DNA of 63,787 bases, counting the filler, from Octopus bimaculoides (Eukaryota): the NCBI RefSeq assembly GCF_001194135.2. It is 4 parts of 3 records of this genome, joined end to end, with 100 filler letters (N's around TTAATTAATTAA, not from the genome) between each part and the next. Parts side by side here need not be neighbours in the genome. Positions count along the whole stretch, not along the records: positions 1 to 21,461 come from NC_068997.1; positions 21,562 to 35,384 come from NC_068986.1; 2 more parts are not named here. The stretch is one strand, 5' to 3'. The notes beneath the pieces were generated by a model. It was not told where the DNA came from. It did not search any database and was given only the letters and a program-made list of their open reading frames with translations. The first letter of the stretch is position 1. Every line of letters starts with the position of its first letter. Positions 10,900 through 23,236 of the stretch are shown in pieces. Both the position numbers and the translations under genes were made by a program.

Positions 10900-13800
10900 A
10901 TGTGCTGCTTGCCTGGCCCCCTCTCTCTCTATATATATATATGCCTTTCTATCGTCATGCCTCTCTCTAACTCACTCTCTCTGAATCAGTCTCTCTCTCT
11001 ACTCCCCTCTATCCTCAATTCCTACAGGACCNNNNNNNNNNNNNNNNNNNNNNNNNNNNNNNNNNNNNNNNNNNNNNNNNNNNNNNNNNNNNNNNNNNNN
11101 NNNNNNNNNNNTAGAGGCCTCACACCATCCCCTCCCCTACCTTTGGGTAGCGCATAAAAATTGTGTAATGTATGCAGGTTGTAGGTATTGTTTTGTTTAT
11201 GAATTCTGCTAATTGCAAGCTTTCATTACAGGTACACGACACTGCTTTCCCCCATCCCAGGCCACAGGCCCACACCTCCAACATCCACACCGTCAGGATT
11301 GGCACTCTCAATGTTTGCACACTGAAAGGTAGGTCTGGTGAAATTGTTGAGATGCTTGAACGGAGATGCGTAGATCTGTGCTGCATCCAAGAAGTAAGAT
11401 GGAGAGGAGGTTCTGCAAGGTTTCTCACAGGCAAAGAACACAGGTACAAGATTTTCTGGGCAGGGAACACTGACGGGGTCGGGGGCATGGGAATACTTCT
11501 AGCAGAGAAATGGGTTGATAAGGTAATTGAGGTAGTCAGAGTATGGGACAGAGTGCTTAAGATTAGACTAGTGCTTCATCATAGGCTAGCTACTGTCATC
11601 TCAGCCTATGCCCCTCAACCTGGGCTACTGGATGGGCTGAAAGGCCAATTTTATGACACCCTCTTGCAAAAATACCTCATCGACGAGTGACAGGGACCTT
11701 CTCTTTGTGGCTGGTGACTTCAATGGTCATGTCGGACGTCATGCTGGAGGCTTCCATGGCATACATGGAGGCTATGGCTTCGGTTCCCGCAATGAGGAGG
11801 GAACCAGACTGCTGGAGTTCTGTGATGCAACCGATCTTATGGTTTGCAATACCAGCTTCAGGAAACCTGCCTGTCACCTAGTCACCTNNNNNNNNNNNNN
11901 NNNNNNNNNNNNNNNNNNNNNNNNNNNNNNNNNNNNNNNNNNNNNNNNNNNNNNNNNNNNNNNNNNNNNNNNNNNNNNNNNNNNNNNNNNNNNNNNNNNN
12001 NNNNNNNNNNNNNNNNNNNNNNNNNNNNNNNNNNNNNNNNNNNNNNNNNNNNNNNNNNNNNNNNNNNNNNNNNNNNNNNNNNNNNNNNNNNNNNNNNNNN
12101 NNNNNNNNNNNNNNNNNNNNNNNNNNNNNNNNNNNNNNNNNNNNNNNNNNNNNNNNNNNNNNNNNNNNNNNNNNNNNNNNNNNNNNNNNNNNNNNNNNNN
12201 NNNNNNNNNNNNNNNNNNNNNNNNNNNNNNNNNNNNNNNNNNNNNNNNNNNNNNNNNNNNNNNNNNNNNNNNNNNNNNNNNNNNNNNNNNNNNNNNNNNN
12301 NNNNNNNNNNNNNNNNNNNNNNNNNNNNNNNNNNNNNNNNNNNNNNNNNNNNNNNNNNNNNNNNNNNNNNNNNNNNNNNNNNNNNNNNNNNNNNNNNNNN
12401 NNNNNNNNNNNNNNNNNNNNNNNNNNNNNNNNNNNNNNNNNNNNNNNNNNNNNNNNNNNNNNNNNNNNNNNNNNNNNNNNNNNNNNNNNNNNNNNNNNNN
12501 NNNNNNNNNNNNNNNNNNNNNNNNNNNNNNNNNNNNNNNNNNNNNNNNNNNNNNNNNNNNNNNNNNNNNNNNNNNNNNNNNNNNNNNNAGGGAGCGAATC
12601 AATTTAGATGAGATGCAGTTTGGGTTTGTGCCAGGGAAAAGCACCACTGATGCTATTTTTCTGGTAAGACAGCTGCAGGAGAAATACCTAGCCAAAGATA
12701 AACCTCTGTACCTGGCTTTTGTTGACATGGAGAAAGCCTTTGACAGGGTCCCCCAATCCCTTATCTGGTGGTCAATGAGGAAACTTTGGATAGAAGAATG
12801 GTTAGTGAGAGCTGTGCGAGCCATGTACAGAGATGCTGTCAGTAAGGTGAGGGTTGGAAATGAGTACAGTAATGAATTCCGGGTAGAGGTAGGGGTCCAC
12901 CAAGGTTCTGTCCTCAGCCCCCTCCTATTTATCATAGTCCTCCAGGCTATAACAGGGGAATTCAAGACAGGATGCTCCTGGGAGCTCCACTATGCTGATG
13001 ACCTTGCACTAATTGCTTAGTCATTATCAGAACTAGAGAAGTTTCAGGTGTGGAAGCAGGGACTAGAATCGAAGGGCCTTAGAGTCAACCTAGCTAAAAC
13101 CAAAGTCCTAATAAGTAGGAAGGTAGATAAAACACAAACCCATTCAGGTAGATGGCCCTGCTCAATATGTAGAAAAGGTGTAGGTAGTAACACTATAAGA
13201 TGTACCCAGTGCAAGCTATGGACTCATAAGAGGTCCAGCAATATCAAAGGCAGGTTAACTAGGAAGTTAGTTTTTNNNNNNNNNNNNNNNNNNNNNNNNN
13301 NNNNNNNNNNNNNNNNNNNNNNNNNNNNNNNNNNNNNNNNNNNNNNNNNNNNNNNNNNNNNNNNNNNNNNNNNNNNNNNNNNNNNNNNNNNNNNNNNNNN
13401 NNNNNNNNNNNNNNNNNNNNNNNNNNNNNNNNNNNNNNNNNNNNNNNNNNNNNNNNNNNNNNNNNNNNNNNNNNNNNNNNNNNNNNNNNNNNNNNNNNNN
13501 NNNNNNNNNNNNNNNNNNNNNNNNNNNNNNNNNNNNNNNNNNNNNNNNNNNNNNNNNNNNNNNNNNNNNNNNNNNNNNNNNNNNNNNNNNNNNNNNNNNN
13601 NNNNNNNNNNNNNNNNNNNNNNNNNNNNNNNNNNNNNNNNNNNNNNNNNNNNNNNNNNNNNNNNNNNNNNNNNNNNNNNNNNNNNNNNNNNNNNNNNNNN
13701 NNNNNNNNNNNNNNNNNNNNNNNNNNNNNNNNNNNNNNNNNNNNNNNNNNNNNNNNNNNNNNNNNNNNNNNNNNNNNNNNNNNNNNNNNNNNNNNNNNNN

Positions 13801-14721
13801 NNNNNNNNNNNNNNNNNNNNNNNNNNNNNNNNNNNNNNNNNNNNNNNNNNNNNNNNNNNNNNNNNNNNNNNNNNNNNNNNNNNNNNNNNNNNNNNNNNNN
13901 NNNNNNNNNNNNNNNNNNNNNNNNNNNNNNNNNNNNNNNNNNNNNNNNNNNNNNNNNNNNNNNNNNNNNNNNNNNNNNNNNNNNNNNNNNNNNNNNNNNN
14001 NNNNNNNNNNNNNNNNNNNNNNNNNNNNNNNNNNNNNNNNNNNNNNNNNNNNNNNNNNNNNNNNNNNNNNNNNNNNNNNNNNNNNNNNNNNNNNNNNNNN
14101 NNNNNNNNNNNNNNNNNNNNNNNNNNNNNNNNNNNNNNNNNNNNNNNNNNNNNNNNNNNNNNNNNNNNNNNNNNNNNNNNNNNNNNNNNNNNNNNNNNNN
14201 NNNCACTTATGCGTACCTTTCTTTCATTGGACACTAAATTCCGCTTGCGAAGACCTGTTGAGGCAAGTGAAATTGAAACCGAACTAAATTCGAAGACTGG
14301 CACCCATGCCAACGTTGTCTCCTTCATTGGACACGAAACTCAGCTTGTGAAGACTTATTGGGGCAAGCGAAAGCGAAATTGTGATGGCACCTGTGCCCAG
14401 CGTCGCCTTTCTGGCACTTGTGCTGGTGGCATGTGTAAGGACTTTTGAACGCGATCATTACCAGTGCCTCTGGACTGGCTCTTGTGCAGGTGGCCATTGC
14501 CAGTACCACCTGACTGGGCTTCGTGCTGGTGGCACGTAAAAGCACCCACTACGCTCTCTGAGTGGTTGGCGTTAGGAAGGGCATCCAACTGTAGAAACTC
14601 TGCCAAATCAGATTGGAGCCTGGTGTAGCCATCTGGTTTCACCAGTCCTCAGTCAAATCGTCCAACCCATGCTAGCATGTAAAGCGGACGTTAAACGATG
14701 ATGATGATGATGATGATGATG
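10900..14721 (+). mobile_element. Near full-length RTE LINE (family A) with frameshifts, stops and N gaps; (GAT)n tail
   Basis: RIGTLNVCTL..DLCCIQEVRW (APE); MQFGFVPGKSTTDAIF..FVDMEKAFDRVP..GVHQGSVLSPLLF..YADDL (RT). Confidence 0.93.
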
Positions 14722-15139
14722 ACCAGCACTATATATTATTCTTTCCAAATGCCGACATATTATGGGATTTAGCCTTTACACATTTGTTATACACTATGCT
14801 ATCTCGCAGCTTCCCATCTTTGGACCCCATCTTTAGACCCCACCTTCTCCCCTTCACAACACAGTTTGCACAACATAGCTTTGAATATCAATGCACTCAC
14901 AATTCACTGCAGTTTCTCCTTGACATTATATCATGGCCTCTACAAACACCTATAACAAAAAACAACTACAATCCCATTGACAAAAAGAGACATTTTACCA
15001 TTATTCCTTAATTTATCAATTTTCAAATTCCTTCATATATTTCAACCCCCTTCCTTCACATATCAATTTTCTGCATCTTTTCCTTATTTCTACACCCCTC
15101 TTATTTTTTTTATATTTGTGTGTATATGTATATATCTAA

Positions 15140-15380
15140 GTTTTATATCTTCAACTCCTAGACCTGGTGGTGTGTTGTGTTCTTGAGCAAAACACTTCAC
15201 CTTATGTTGCTCGGTGATCACTTTGACACCTGATGCATGGTATACTGTGCAAGGACAATGTCGATTTGATGGAGGGTGCAAGCCAATGTACAGCACATAC
15301 ATTTGATCACTATAAACAAATTATTTGTATGGGTTGTTCAGCTTATGCTGAATACTCATATGTCATCTTTGACAGGAGAG
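15140..15380 (+). repeat. SINE-like fragment (V/CORE-like GTGTTCTTGAGCAAAACACTT motif)
   Basis: Resembles the conserved SINE central motif gtgtccttgagcaagacactt. Confidence 0.45.
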
Positions 15381-15452
15381 TCCATTATATATATATTTAA
15401 TTTGTATACCATCTAGTTATATTCTACATCTATTCTATTATTTTTATTACCG

Positions 15453-15497
<45 letters not shown>

Positions 15498-15849
15498 ATT
15501 ATTATTACTACTACTATTTTTATGTTATATACTTTTATGCATGTGTATATACATGACAGGTATTTAAATGATTCTTTTAATGTCTTATAATCATAATATG
15601 TATGTATAATTATCATAAATATATCGCATGTATATATTTATGTATGTATGTGTATATGTTCATGTTTATGTACATATATGTATGTGCATGTATACTTTTA
15701 TACATGCATGCATATATATATTATGTAGTAATGCATGTATATATGTATTTGTGCCTCTATGTGTGTATGTATGTATGTTTGTGTGTGTATGTTTGCGTGT
15801 GTGTGTATGGCTGGCCTGTGGAAAGTTACACATAGCAAACTTGGTGTCT

Positions 15850-17430
15850 CTAAGCCTTGGCCAGCAACCAAGTTAGAACTGGTGTTCCAATTGGGGGTCA
15901 TCCTTTACATGAAAATCTTAATTAGATACACTCAGGGAGTAAATCCTGTAGGAAATCACTCTTATTATTTGCAGTGACGGAAACTAACACTTATCCAGAT
16001 AAGGGCATGAATGGGAAGACTCCCTTAGGTGTTCAAGACACCAGATTTCCTGCACCCAGTAGGGGTCCCTCAGAGAACAATGGAGTGGAAGACCAGGCTC
16101 CACCTGGTTATGGTCTGTTTACTAGTCAAAATACATAATGTGTTTGCACATACAAGTGCTCAATTGCTATGAAGAAAAATGCAAGTAAGTGTCATGAACA
16201 AACCTTGCTAGACAAGAACAATGGTAAATGTAAAACCGTTGGTAAAAGAGCACTAGAATTTTGAAACCAGCTAGGTATGTTCCAGATTACTGAAAATAGA
16301 CTCATGAATTAGATAAGGATGATTCTGAGTACAGGGTTTTTGAGTGAAATTCAAATTTGGACAATCAGAGAAAGCCTCTGTAGTGATGATAACCTCAAGG
16401 AGGATAATGTAGGTGAAGGTCAGCAGATGGATAGGCAAGGTAAAGGTGTAGTAGAGGATAGGGACTTGCACGAAGAATGGAAAGAAAGAATGTAGAAGAA
16501 CCCATAATGCTAGGTAAGCAATATGGCTGAGGAACAGAGGAACCTAATGATGAGGCTTGAAGAAATAAGTATTACATGAACAGAGACTGAACCAGTCACT
16601 ATGAGATGTTTTGATCATGACATTGTGAACTTAGTGATCTGAAATTAAGATGAACAAAGTTCCTTTTTAATCTGATCTTTGCTGAACCAGTCAATTTGAG
16701 ATGCTTTAATTGAGACAGTGTGATCTGAAAGGTTGATAGAATCCTGAAGTATATTTGAATGAAAGATCTATAGGAAATAAGGGACTTCAGTAGATCAACT
16801 TCAATTTTAGTTGGAGAACAGAAGGCACCATGATAGAAATTGAGCAACAAAGGTGATATTAAAACCTTGTGTAAAGATTTGAGTTGCTTAGAAGAATGGT
16901 CCAAAGGGCATTGGAAACGTGCTAAAGTATGATCATTGCTGCCTAAGACCAGGCATTGAATATCAACTCAGTTGAAAGGGATATATACACCACACAAGTA
17001 CAACAGACCTCTGCAAAATGAACACTGAATCTTCACTGGCTACCAAGCCAGAAGTATGGATATGAGGTAACAGATACTTGGTACCAACATACACTAGAAA
17101 AGGTAATGAATTTAAACAGGAAGGCAAAGATCATCTGGGACTTTGACGTTCAGACAGACAAGCTGTTAGAGCACCAAAGGCTGGATACAGTAGCCTTTGC
17201 AAGGGACAAGCAAGAATGCCTAATAATTGACATGGCAGTGCCAGGAGATCAACATATCCTCATGAAAGAAAGAGAAAAGGTTGACAAATATGAAAACTTG
17301 AAAATTGAAATCACCAAGATGTGGTAGCTGCAAGAGTCTAATATAATGGTTGTTTCTGTTGCTATCAAAGCATTAGGTTCAAAACCATCCATCCTGAAGA
17401 AATATCTGCACACTTTATAAATACCCTAAA
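15850..17430 (+). mobile_element. Degenerate R4/Dong-clade LINE remnant with restriction-like endonuclease
   Basis: IIWDFDVQTDKLLEHQRLDTV..CLIIDMAVPGD..KEREKVDKYENLKIEITKMW (RLE); the 5' boundary is uncertain. Confidence 0.75.
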
Positions 17431-17440
17431 ATCTCCCATC

Positions 17441-17593
17441 TTTACATTCTGAGTTCAAATTCCACTGAGGTCAACTTTGCTTTTCATCTTTTTGGGGTCA
17501 ATGAAATAAGTACCAGTTGAGCACTGGGGTCAATGTAATCGACTAATCCCTTCCCAACCCCCAATTTCAGGTCTTGTGCTTATTGTAGAAAGG
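17441..17593 (+). mobile_element. tRNA-derived SINE family S1 (partial)
   Basis: B box GAGTTCAAATT, TTGCTTTTCATC..GGGGTC..AAGTACCAG core, (ATT)n tail. Confidence 0.85.
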
Positions 17594-17629
<36 letters not shown>

Positions 17630-18825
17630 TAGTTTTATTTTTATAGCGAGCTTTCACTTCACTACCAAACGCAGCTCTGTGTGCTTTGGGTATGTGCTGT
17701 GGTTTGTTGTGATGCTCTTATGGTTACTGTATTGAAAGTGTTTTACGTAGGATGTGTGCAGTGCCTAGTAGTGCAATTTTCTGTATGTTATATTATACTT
17801 GTAATTTCTGGTGTTTTTGTTATGTATTTGTCTGAATATTTTTTTTATACCTAATGCGCCTACTATGATAGGAATTGTTTCTGTTTTTAGATTCCACATT
17901 CGAGTTACCTCTATTTCCAGGTCTTTGTATTTTGAAAGTTTCTCCATTTCTTTTGGAGAAATGTTGATACATCAATTAGAAAGCATTTTTTTCTTCATGA
18001 TCTCTGACAACTATATCTGGCCTATTGGCCTTCTGAGCTTCTCAACCATTGCTGGGATTTTTCTCTGTCTATTTCTTTTGCATTTAGTTTAGCCCAGTAT
18101 TTGCCATGAAGGGGCTTTTCTTGCCATCATTTTATCATGGTCTGTTGCTGTTCTAGTTTTAGTTTGGATTTCATTTGTTGAATAGCTTTTGTTGTTTCTT
18201 CTTCGTATTTGTTAGGTAGTATGATTTCTTGTTTGTATTTGCCAGCTTCCTTAAATACTGAAAACAGTTTTTCATTTTGCTCGTGTTTTGTGGCTATTTG
18301 TATTAGTTTTCCTTGCTTCTGAAGTAGGTATTTTTGCAGTCCTATGGTGACTATTTCATAATAGTTTTCCAGCTGTCTAAGGCCTCTACCACCTTCTATA
18401 CATTGTATATATAGCCTTTCTATGTCAGATTTTGGGTGGTGCATCCTAGATCCTGTCATTATTTTTCTTGTTTTCCTGTCTATTTTGGTTAGTTCATTTA
18501 GTGTCCAGTTAAAGATATTGTAGCTGTAACTTATAACTGGGATGGCTAAAGTGTTAATACCTATTATCTCATTTTTAGCATTGAGCTCTGTTTTCAGTAT
18601 TGATCTAACTCGTCTATAGTATTCTTTCTTTATTTTCTCTTTCATTTGTGTGTGTTGTATCCTATCTAGTTCATTGATGCCTAAATATTTGTATGCCTGG
18701 CTTTGGTCTAATTCTCTTATTTCATTGGCTTTATCTAGTATGATGTTGCTACTCTTAACTAGCTTTCCTCCTCCTCCTCCTCCTCATCATCATCATCATT
18801 GCTATTATTAGCATTATTATATTAA

Positions 18826-19779
18826 CTAGCAGAGATACCCAGCATGCCTCTGTTTGAAGTATTCGAGGCCTTAACCTGTCATAGAAATTGGGGGTGGGGT
18901 ATGTGATTTTTGAACACACCAAAAAGCTGTCAGTGGATATACTCTCCTTTGCAGCAGTTGGTGCTGCGTCTAATACAACCATCATCTGAAGTTTTGATAC
19001 GTCTTTGGGTTTGTTTCTACATCACTCATGAAGTAAACTTGAAGGAAGTGCAGTTGTTCATTTGTGGGTAACAGGGAAGCAATGAGGTGATAGACTTGCC
19101 CTTCAATGTTGGTGTAAATCCATGTTCAACTATCTCCTTAGATGCACCAAACGATGTCATTTGAAATGCAGAGTTGTATTGTCTGATATTGTTCAGAAAA
19201 TCCTTAGACTGGATGAAAGTGCCTTACAGAAGATCTATAAGAGGTTGAAGAGGAGGTAATAGTGCTGGCAATCTTACCCTGCCACCTGAGCAGTGCATGC
19301 CATTAGTTTCATTTGGAAATTTTGGGAAAGTCTCATTTTCCTTCTATATTGAAACTCCATCTGATTTGCTACAGCATGCATTTGCTGATCTTGAGAAAGT
19401 GTCATCTCACTTGTCTTGAGACTCCATTTGACATGCTGCAGCATGCCTTTGCTGATCTTGAAAAAGTTTCATCTCGCTTCTGTCTTGAGACTCCATTTGA
19501 CGTGCTGCAGCATGCATTTCCTGATCTCGGGAAAGTCTCATCTCTCTTCTGTATTGAGACTTCATCTCATGTGCTGCAGCATGCCTTTGCTGATGTTGAA
19601 AAAGTGTCATCTTGCTTCTGTCTTGAGACTCTTGCCTTCGGTTTTCTAAAATCCTCTTTGCTATATAGTTGTTTCTGGAGAGATTACATTTTTTCTTTGG
19701 TGGCATCTATCAATATTGTAAACAAAAAATTTTGAGCATAGAAAAAAATTATACATTAATCTATATTTTTGTAAGTAGA
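18826..19779 (-). mobile_element. Internally deleted non-autonomous Helitron
   Basis: 5' TCTACTTACAAAAATATA; MPPKKKCNLSR start; GMHCSGGRVRLPAL..DFLNNIRQYNSAFQMTSFGA Rep-N motif; 3' hairpin then CTAG|T. Confidence 0.85.
19349..19635. repeat. 69-bp (23-aa) tandem repeat, about 4 copies, inside the Helitron ORF
   Basis: Recurrent TTGAGACTCCATTTGAC.TGCTGCAGCATGC..TGCTGATCT unit. Confidence 0.85.
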
Positions 19780-20010
19780 GCTGGCAGAATCGTTAGCATG
19801 CCGGACGAAATGTTTAGCGGTATTTCGTCTGCCACTACGTCATAGGCGCAGGAGTGGCTGTGTGGTAAGTAACTTGCTTACCAACCACATGGTTCCGGGT
19901 TCATTCCCACTGCATGGCACCTTGGGCAAGTGTCTTCTACTATAGCCTCAGGCCGACCAAGGCCTTGTGAGTGGATTTGGTAGACGGAAACTGAAAGAAG
20001 CCCATCGTAT
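19780..20010 (+). mobile_element. S1 SINE 5' part followed by an OR-type CORE SINE (S2)
   Basis: GAGCTGGCAGAATCGTTAGC head; GGCGCAGGAGTGGCTGTGTGGTAAG..ACCTTGGGCAAGTGTCTT CORE motif. Confidence 0.85.
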
Positions 20011-20011
20011 A

Positions 20012-20272
20012 TATCATCATCATCATCATCATCGTCATTTAATGTCTGCTTTCCATGCTAGCATGGGTTGGACGATTTGACTGAGGACTGGTGAAACCAG
20101 ATGGCTACACCAGGCTCCAATCTGATTTGGCAGAGTTTCTACAGCTGGATGCCCTTTCTAATACCAACCACTCCGAGAGTGTAGTGAGTGCTTTTACGTG
20201 CCACTGGCACGAAGGCCAGTCAGGCGGTACTTGCAACGGCCACGCTCAAAATGGTGTATTTTATGTGCCACC
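20012..20272 (-). mobile_element. RTE family A 3' end
   Basis: Reverse complement of 14480-14720 with (CAT)n tail. Confidence 0.9.
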
Positions 20273-20797
20273 CTTTGATGCTTTTTTGAGGCATAACACC
20301 ATTTGTCCTTTTGTCAACCAGCCTGGGATTTCTTCTCCATTGATCAGTGCACTAAATTGCTCTGTGATTGGTTAATGGCAACTACTGAACTTTTTAATCC
20401 CAAATCCCTGTACACCATCAAGTCCTGCTGCTTTCCAGTTGCTTATCTTTTTACTCATATTTCTGATACTGTCTTCTGTGAAGTGGATAGCCTCTTGCTG
20501 ATTATAAGAAGCTGTTATGTTGTTCTTGCTTACTCCATATCTTACCCCAGAAAAGTTGACTTTCATCAGCATCAGGGACTAATCTTTCACATTTTTATCA
20601 TCAATAACCTCTTGATAAAATATTTTTTGGTCGGTTCTAAACAACAATTTGTTTTGCCGGTATTGCTTAATTCGTTGTTCAAACCTAGTTAGCCTTACTT
20701 TTTTATGGATGTATGCACTACTTCAGTTTTTCAATGATAATGTTCAGGCCTTTTGAATTATTTCATTTTGTATTCAGGCCTTCATTCAGGTCTTTTG

Positions 20798-20861
<64 letters not shown>

Positions 20862-20866
<5 letters not shown>

Positions 20867-21090
20867 GTTTGACTTTCGCTTTCTACAAGTTGACTCTAAG
20901 TCTCACCCAGAGACCTCAAGAGACAACATTTAGAAGTTTAAGTTGGTGTCATGCCTAGAGTGTCATATATTTGGTTTTGCATATAGCATTGTTCTAGAGA
21001 ATGTTTAAGAAAGCATAAGAAAATTATAAGTTTTTTTTTAAATTTGAGATTACATAGACAGTATTTTACATAGGATATAGGCAGGATATA
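20862..21090 (-). mobile_element. 3' end of a second R4/Dong family inserted at the (TAA)n array
   Basis: AYILCKILSM-stop then UTR ending in (AAT)n; homologous to 48170-48390. Confidence 0.75.
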
Positions 21091-21099
21091 TGGGAGAAA

Positions 21100-21461
21100 G
21101 AGAGCCTGCCTTATGTCGACCCAATAGAGGGACCAGCTATCCGAGTTGATAGCACCAGGGTAGATAAAGCAATTAAGAGTATGAAGACCGGGAAAGCCCC
21201 CGGCCCATCAGGAATCACTGCAGAGATGCTCAAAATATCTGGCAGTGTTGGCTATAGCCTAGTCACCCGTATTACGAACCAGGTGATACACGAAGGAGTC
21301 ATACCCTATGACTGGTGTAGCAGCATCATAGTCAACTGCTACAAAGGTAAAGGGGACGCTTTAGATACAAATAATTACAGAGGCATCAAGCTGTTAGATC
21401 AGGTTATGAAAGTTACAGAGAGGGTCATAGCCCAACTAATTAGGGAGCGAATCAATTTAGA
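21100..21461 (+). mobile_element. RTE family A internal fragment
   Basis: MKTGKAPGPSGITAEMLK..PYDWCSSIIVNCYKGKGDA..NYRGIKLL. Confidence 0.9.
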
Positions 21462-21505
21462 NNNNNNNNNNNNNNNNNNNNNNNNNNNNNNNNNNNNNNN
21501 NNNNN

Positions 21506-21517
21506 TTAATTAATTAA
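21506..21517. other. Assembly gap spacer N44-TTAATTAATTAA-N44 (also at 35429-35440 and 62522-62533)
   Basis: Identical 12-mer with stops in all six frames, centred in 100-bp gaps. Confidence 0.9.
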
Positions 21518-21561
21518 NNNNNNNNNNNNNNNNNNNNNNNNNNNNNNNNNNNNNNNNNNNN

Positions 21562-21616
<55 letters not shown>

Positions 21617-21784
21617 AATACTCTCAAGACTTAAATCAAAATACACATTAATTCGTAGATATTACTTTAACTTTATGACGCTATTATTTAATTCATTTTG
21701 CCGCTTCAGTTATGGCATGCGTATTTAATATCGTCACGCGCCCGTCCATCGTCCGTAGTATGTATGTATGTCTGTATGTCTGTA

Positions 21785-21847
<63 letters not shown>

Positions 21848-23236
21848 ATGTTTATAAATGTTGATGTTGAAAGTCACTGGTAAATGTGCTTGTCTATCAT
21901 CAATATATTAGCCATATACTGAATTATTGAACTTCACTCATAAAATTAGCATTTGTATAATGAATTGGAAATAATTTACTTCATATTTCTAATAATTAAT
22001 ATTTATAGTCTTAATCTGGGCAGACACTACCTACCTTCTATACTCAAAATGCACGTCCCTACTGTGCACGTACTATTGTCTCAGATAAATATTAAAAGAA
22101 TATTCATTTTTATTCGTATACATAATTCATACGGATATTTTAATTATTTCGATAATATTTTTATTTGATCTACAATATAAACGCATAATAAAACAAATAA
22201 CATTAATAACTATGTAAGTAAACAATGTAATTCATAACCACCGTGGATATCTGTATTATAAAAACAAATAAAATCAGCAACACAATCTCCCTCAAATAAC
22301 ATCATAAAGAAGGGACGGACAAATTGGGGAGACCTGAACACCCCTAAAACAGACGAGAGGGACATGGCTAAAACCAGTTTAATTAGAGTTGTGCAATTAA
22401 GGCTGATGTAGGCTTAAAAAACAATAACAATATAAATCTTAGGTGGTAGCAGATTTAATACTATCGCCTGGTCACGATGAGTACGTTTAGATGAATCAAT
22501 TCTGTTGAAAACATTCGGACCACGCACCCTGTATGTAAAAACCTTCCTCCATCTCTGCCACCAGGTTTAGAGGCTCTGTAAAAGGCCACAGACACTGATT
22601 TCTCCCCAAACTAAAAGGAAGTAATAAAACTATAGCTGTTATCAATGTGATTTAATTAATATTAGAAAACATATGTGGTTAAAAAGTTTGCCTCCCAGAG
22701 CGGTCCATTGAGCAAATGTTTTTTTCTATAGCCTGGGGCTATAGTAGGTGTATGTCTGTATACATGCATTATATATATATATATATATATATATANNNNN
22801 NNNNNNNNNNNNNNNNNNNNNNNNNNNNNNNNNNNNNNNNNNNNNNNNNNNNNNNNNNNNNNNNNNNNNNNNNNNNNNNNNNNNNNNNNNNNNNNNNNNN
22901 NNNNNNNNNNNNNNNNNNNNNNNNNNNNNNNNNNNNNNNNNNNNNNNNNNNNNNNNNNNNNNNNNNNNNNNNNNNNNNNNNNNNNNNNNNNNNNNNNNNN
23001 NNNNNNNNNNNNNNNNNNNNNNNNNNNNNNNNNNNNNNNNNNNNNNNNNNNNNNNNNNNNNNNNNNNNNNNNNNNNNNNNNNNNNNNNNNNNNNNNNNNN
23101 NNNNNNNNNNNNNNNNNNNNNNNNNNNNNNNNNNNNNNNNNNNNNNNNNNNNNNNNNNNNNNNNNNNNNNNNNNNNNNNNNNNNNNNNNNNNNNNNNNNN
23201 NNNNNNNNNNNNNNNNNNNNNNNNNNNNNNNNNNNN

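Larger units (their letters stand above)
17627..20800 (-). mobile_element. 5'-truncated R4/Dong LINE flanked by (TAA)n arrays; RT core replaced by nested insertions (18730-20290)
   Basis: SNWKAAGLDGVQGF; KEYYRRVRSILKTELNAKN..HHPKSDIERLY..GGRGL; EKLSKYKDLEIEVTRMW..IPIIVGALG. Confidence 0.88.

Noticed and set aside
11844-14448. Very long ORFs rich in X (also at 22.7, 26.6, 29.0, 30.6, 36.8, 39.2 and 47.3 kb)
   Set aside because: Translated N gaps
19313-19735. 140-aa plus-strand repeat protein
   Set aside because: Antisense shadow of the Helitron N-terminal tandem repeat
21506-21517. Recurring TTAATTAATTAA palindrome
   Set aside because: Artificial gap spacer (N44-12mer-N44); adjacency across these gaps is less certain
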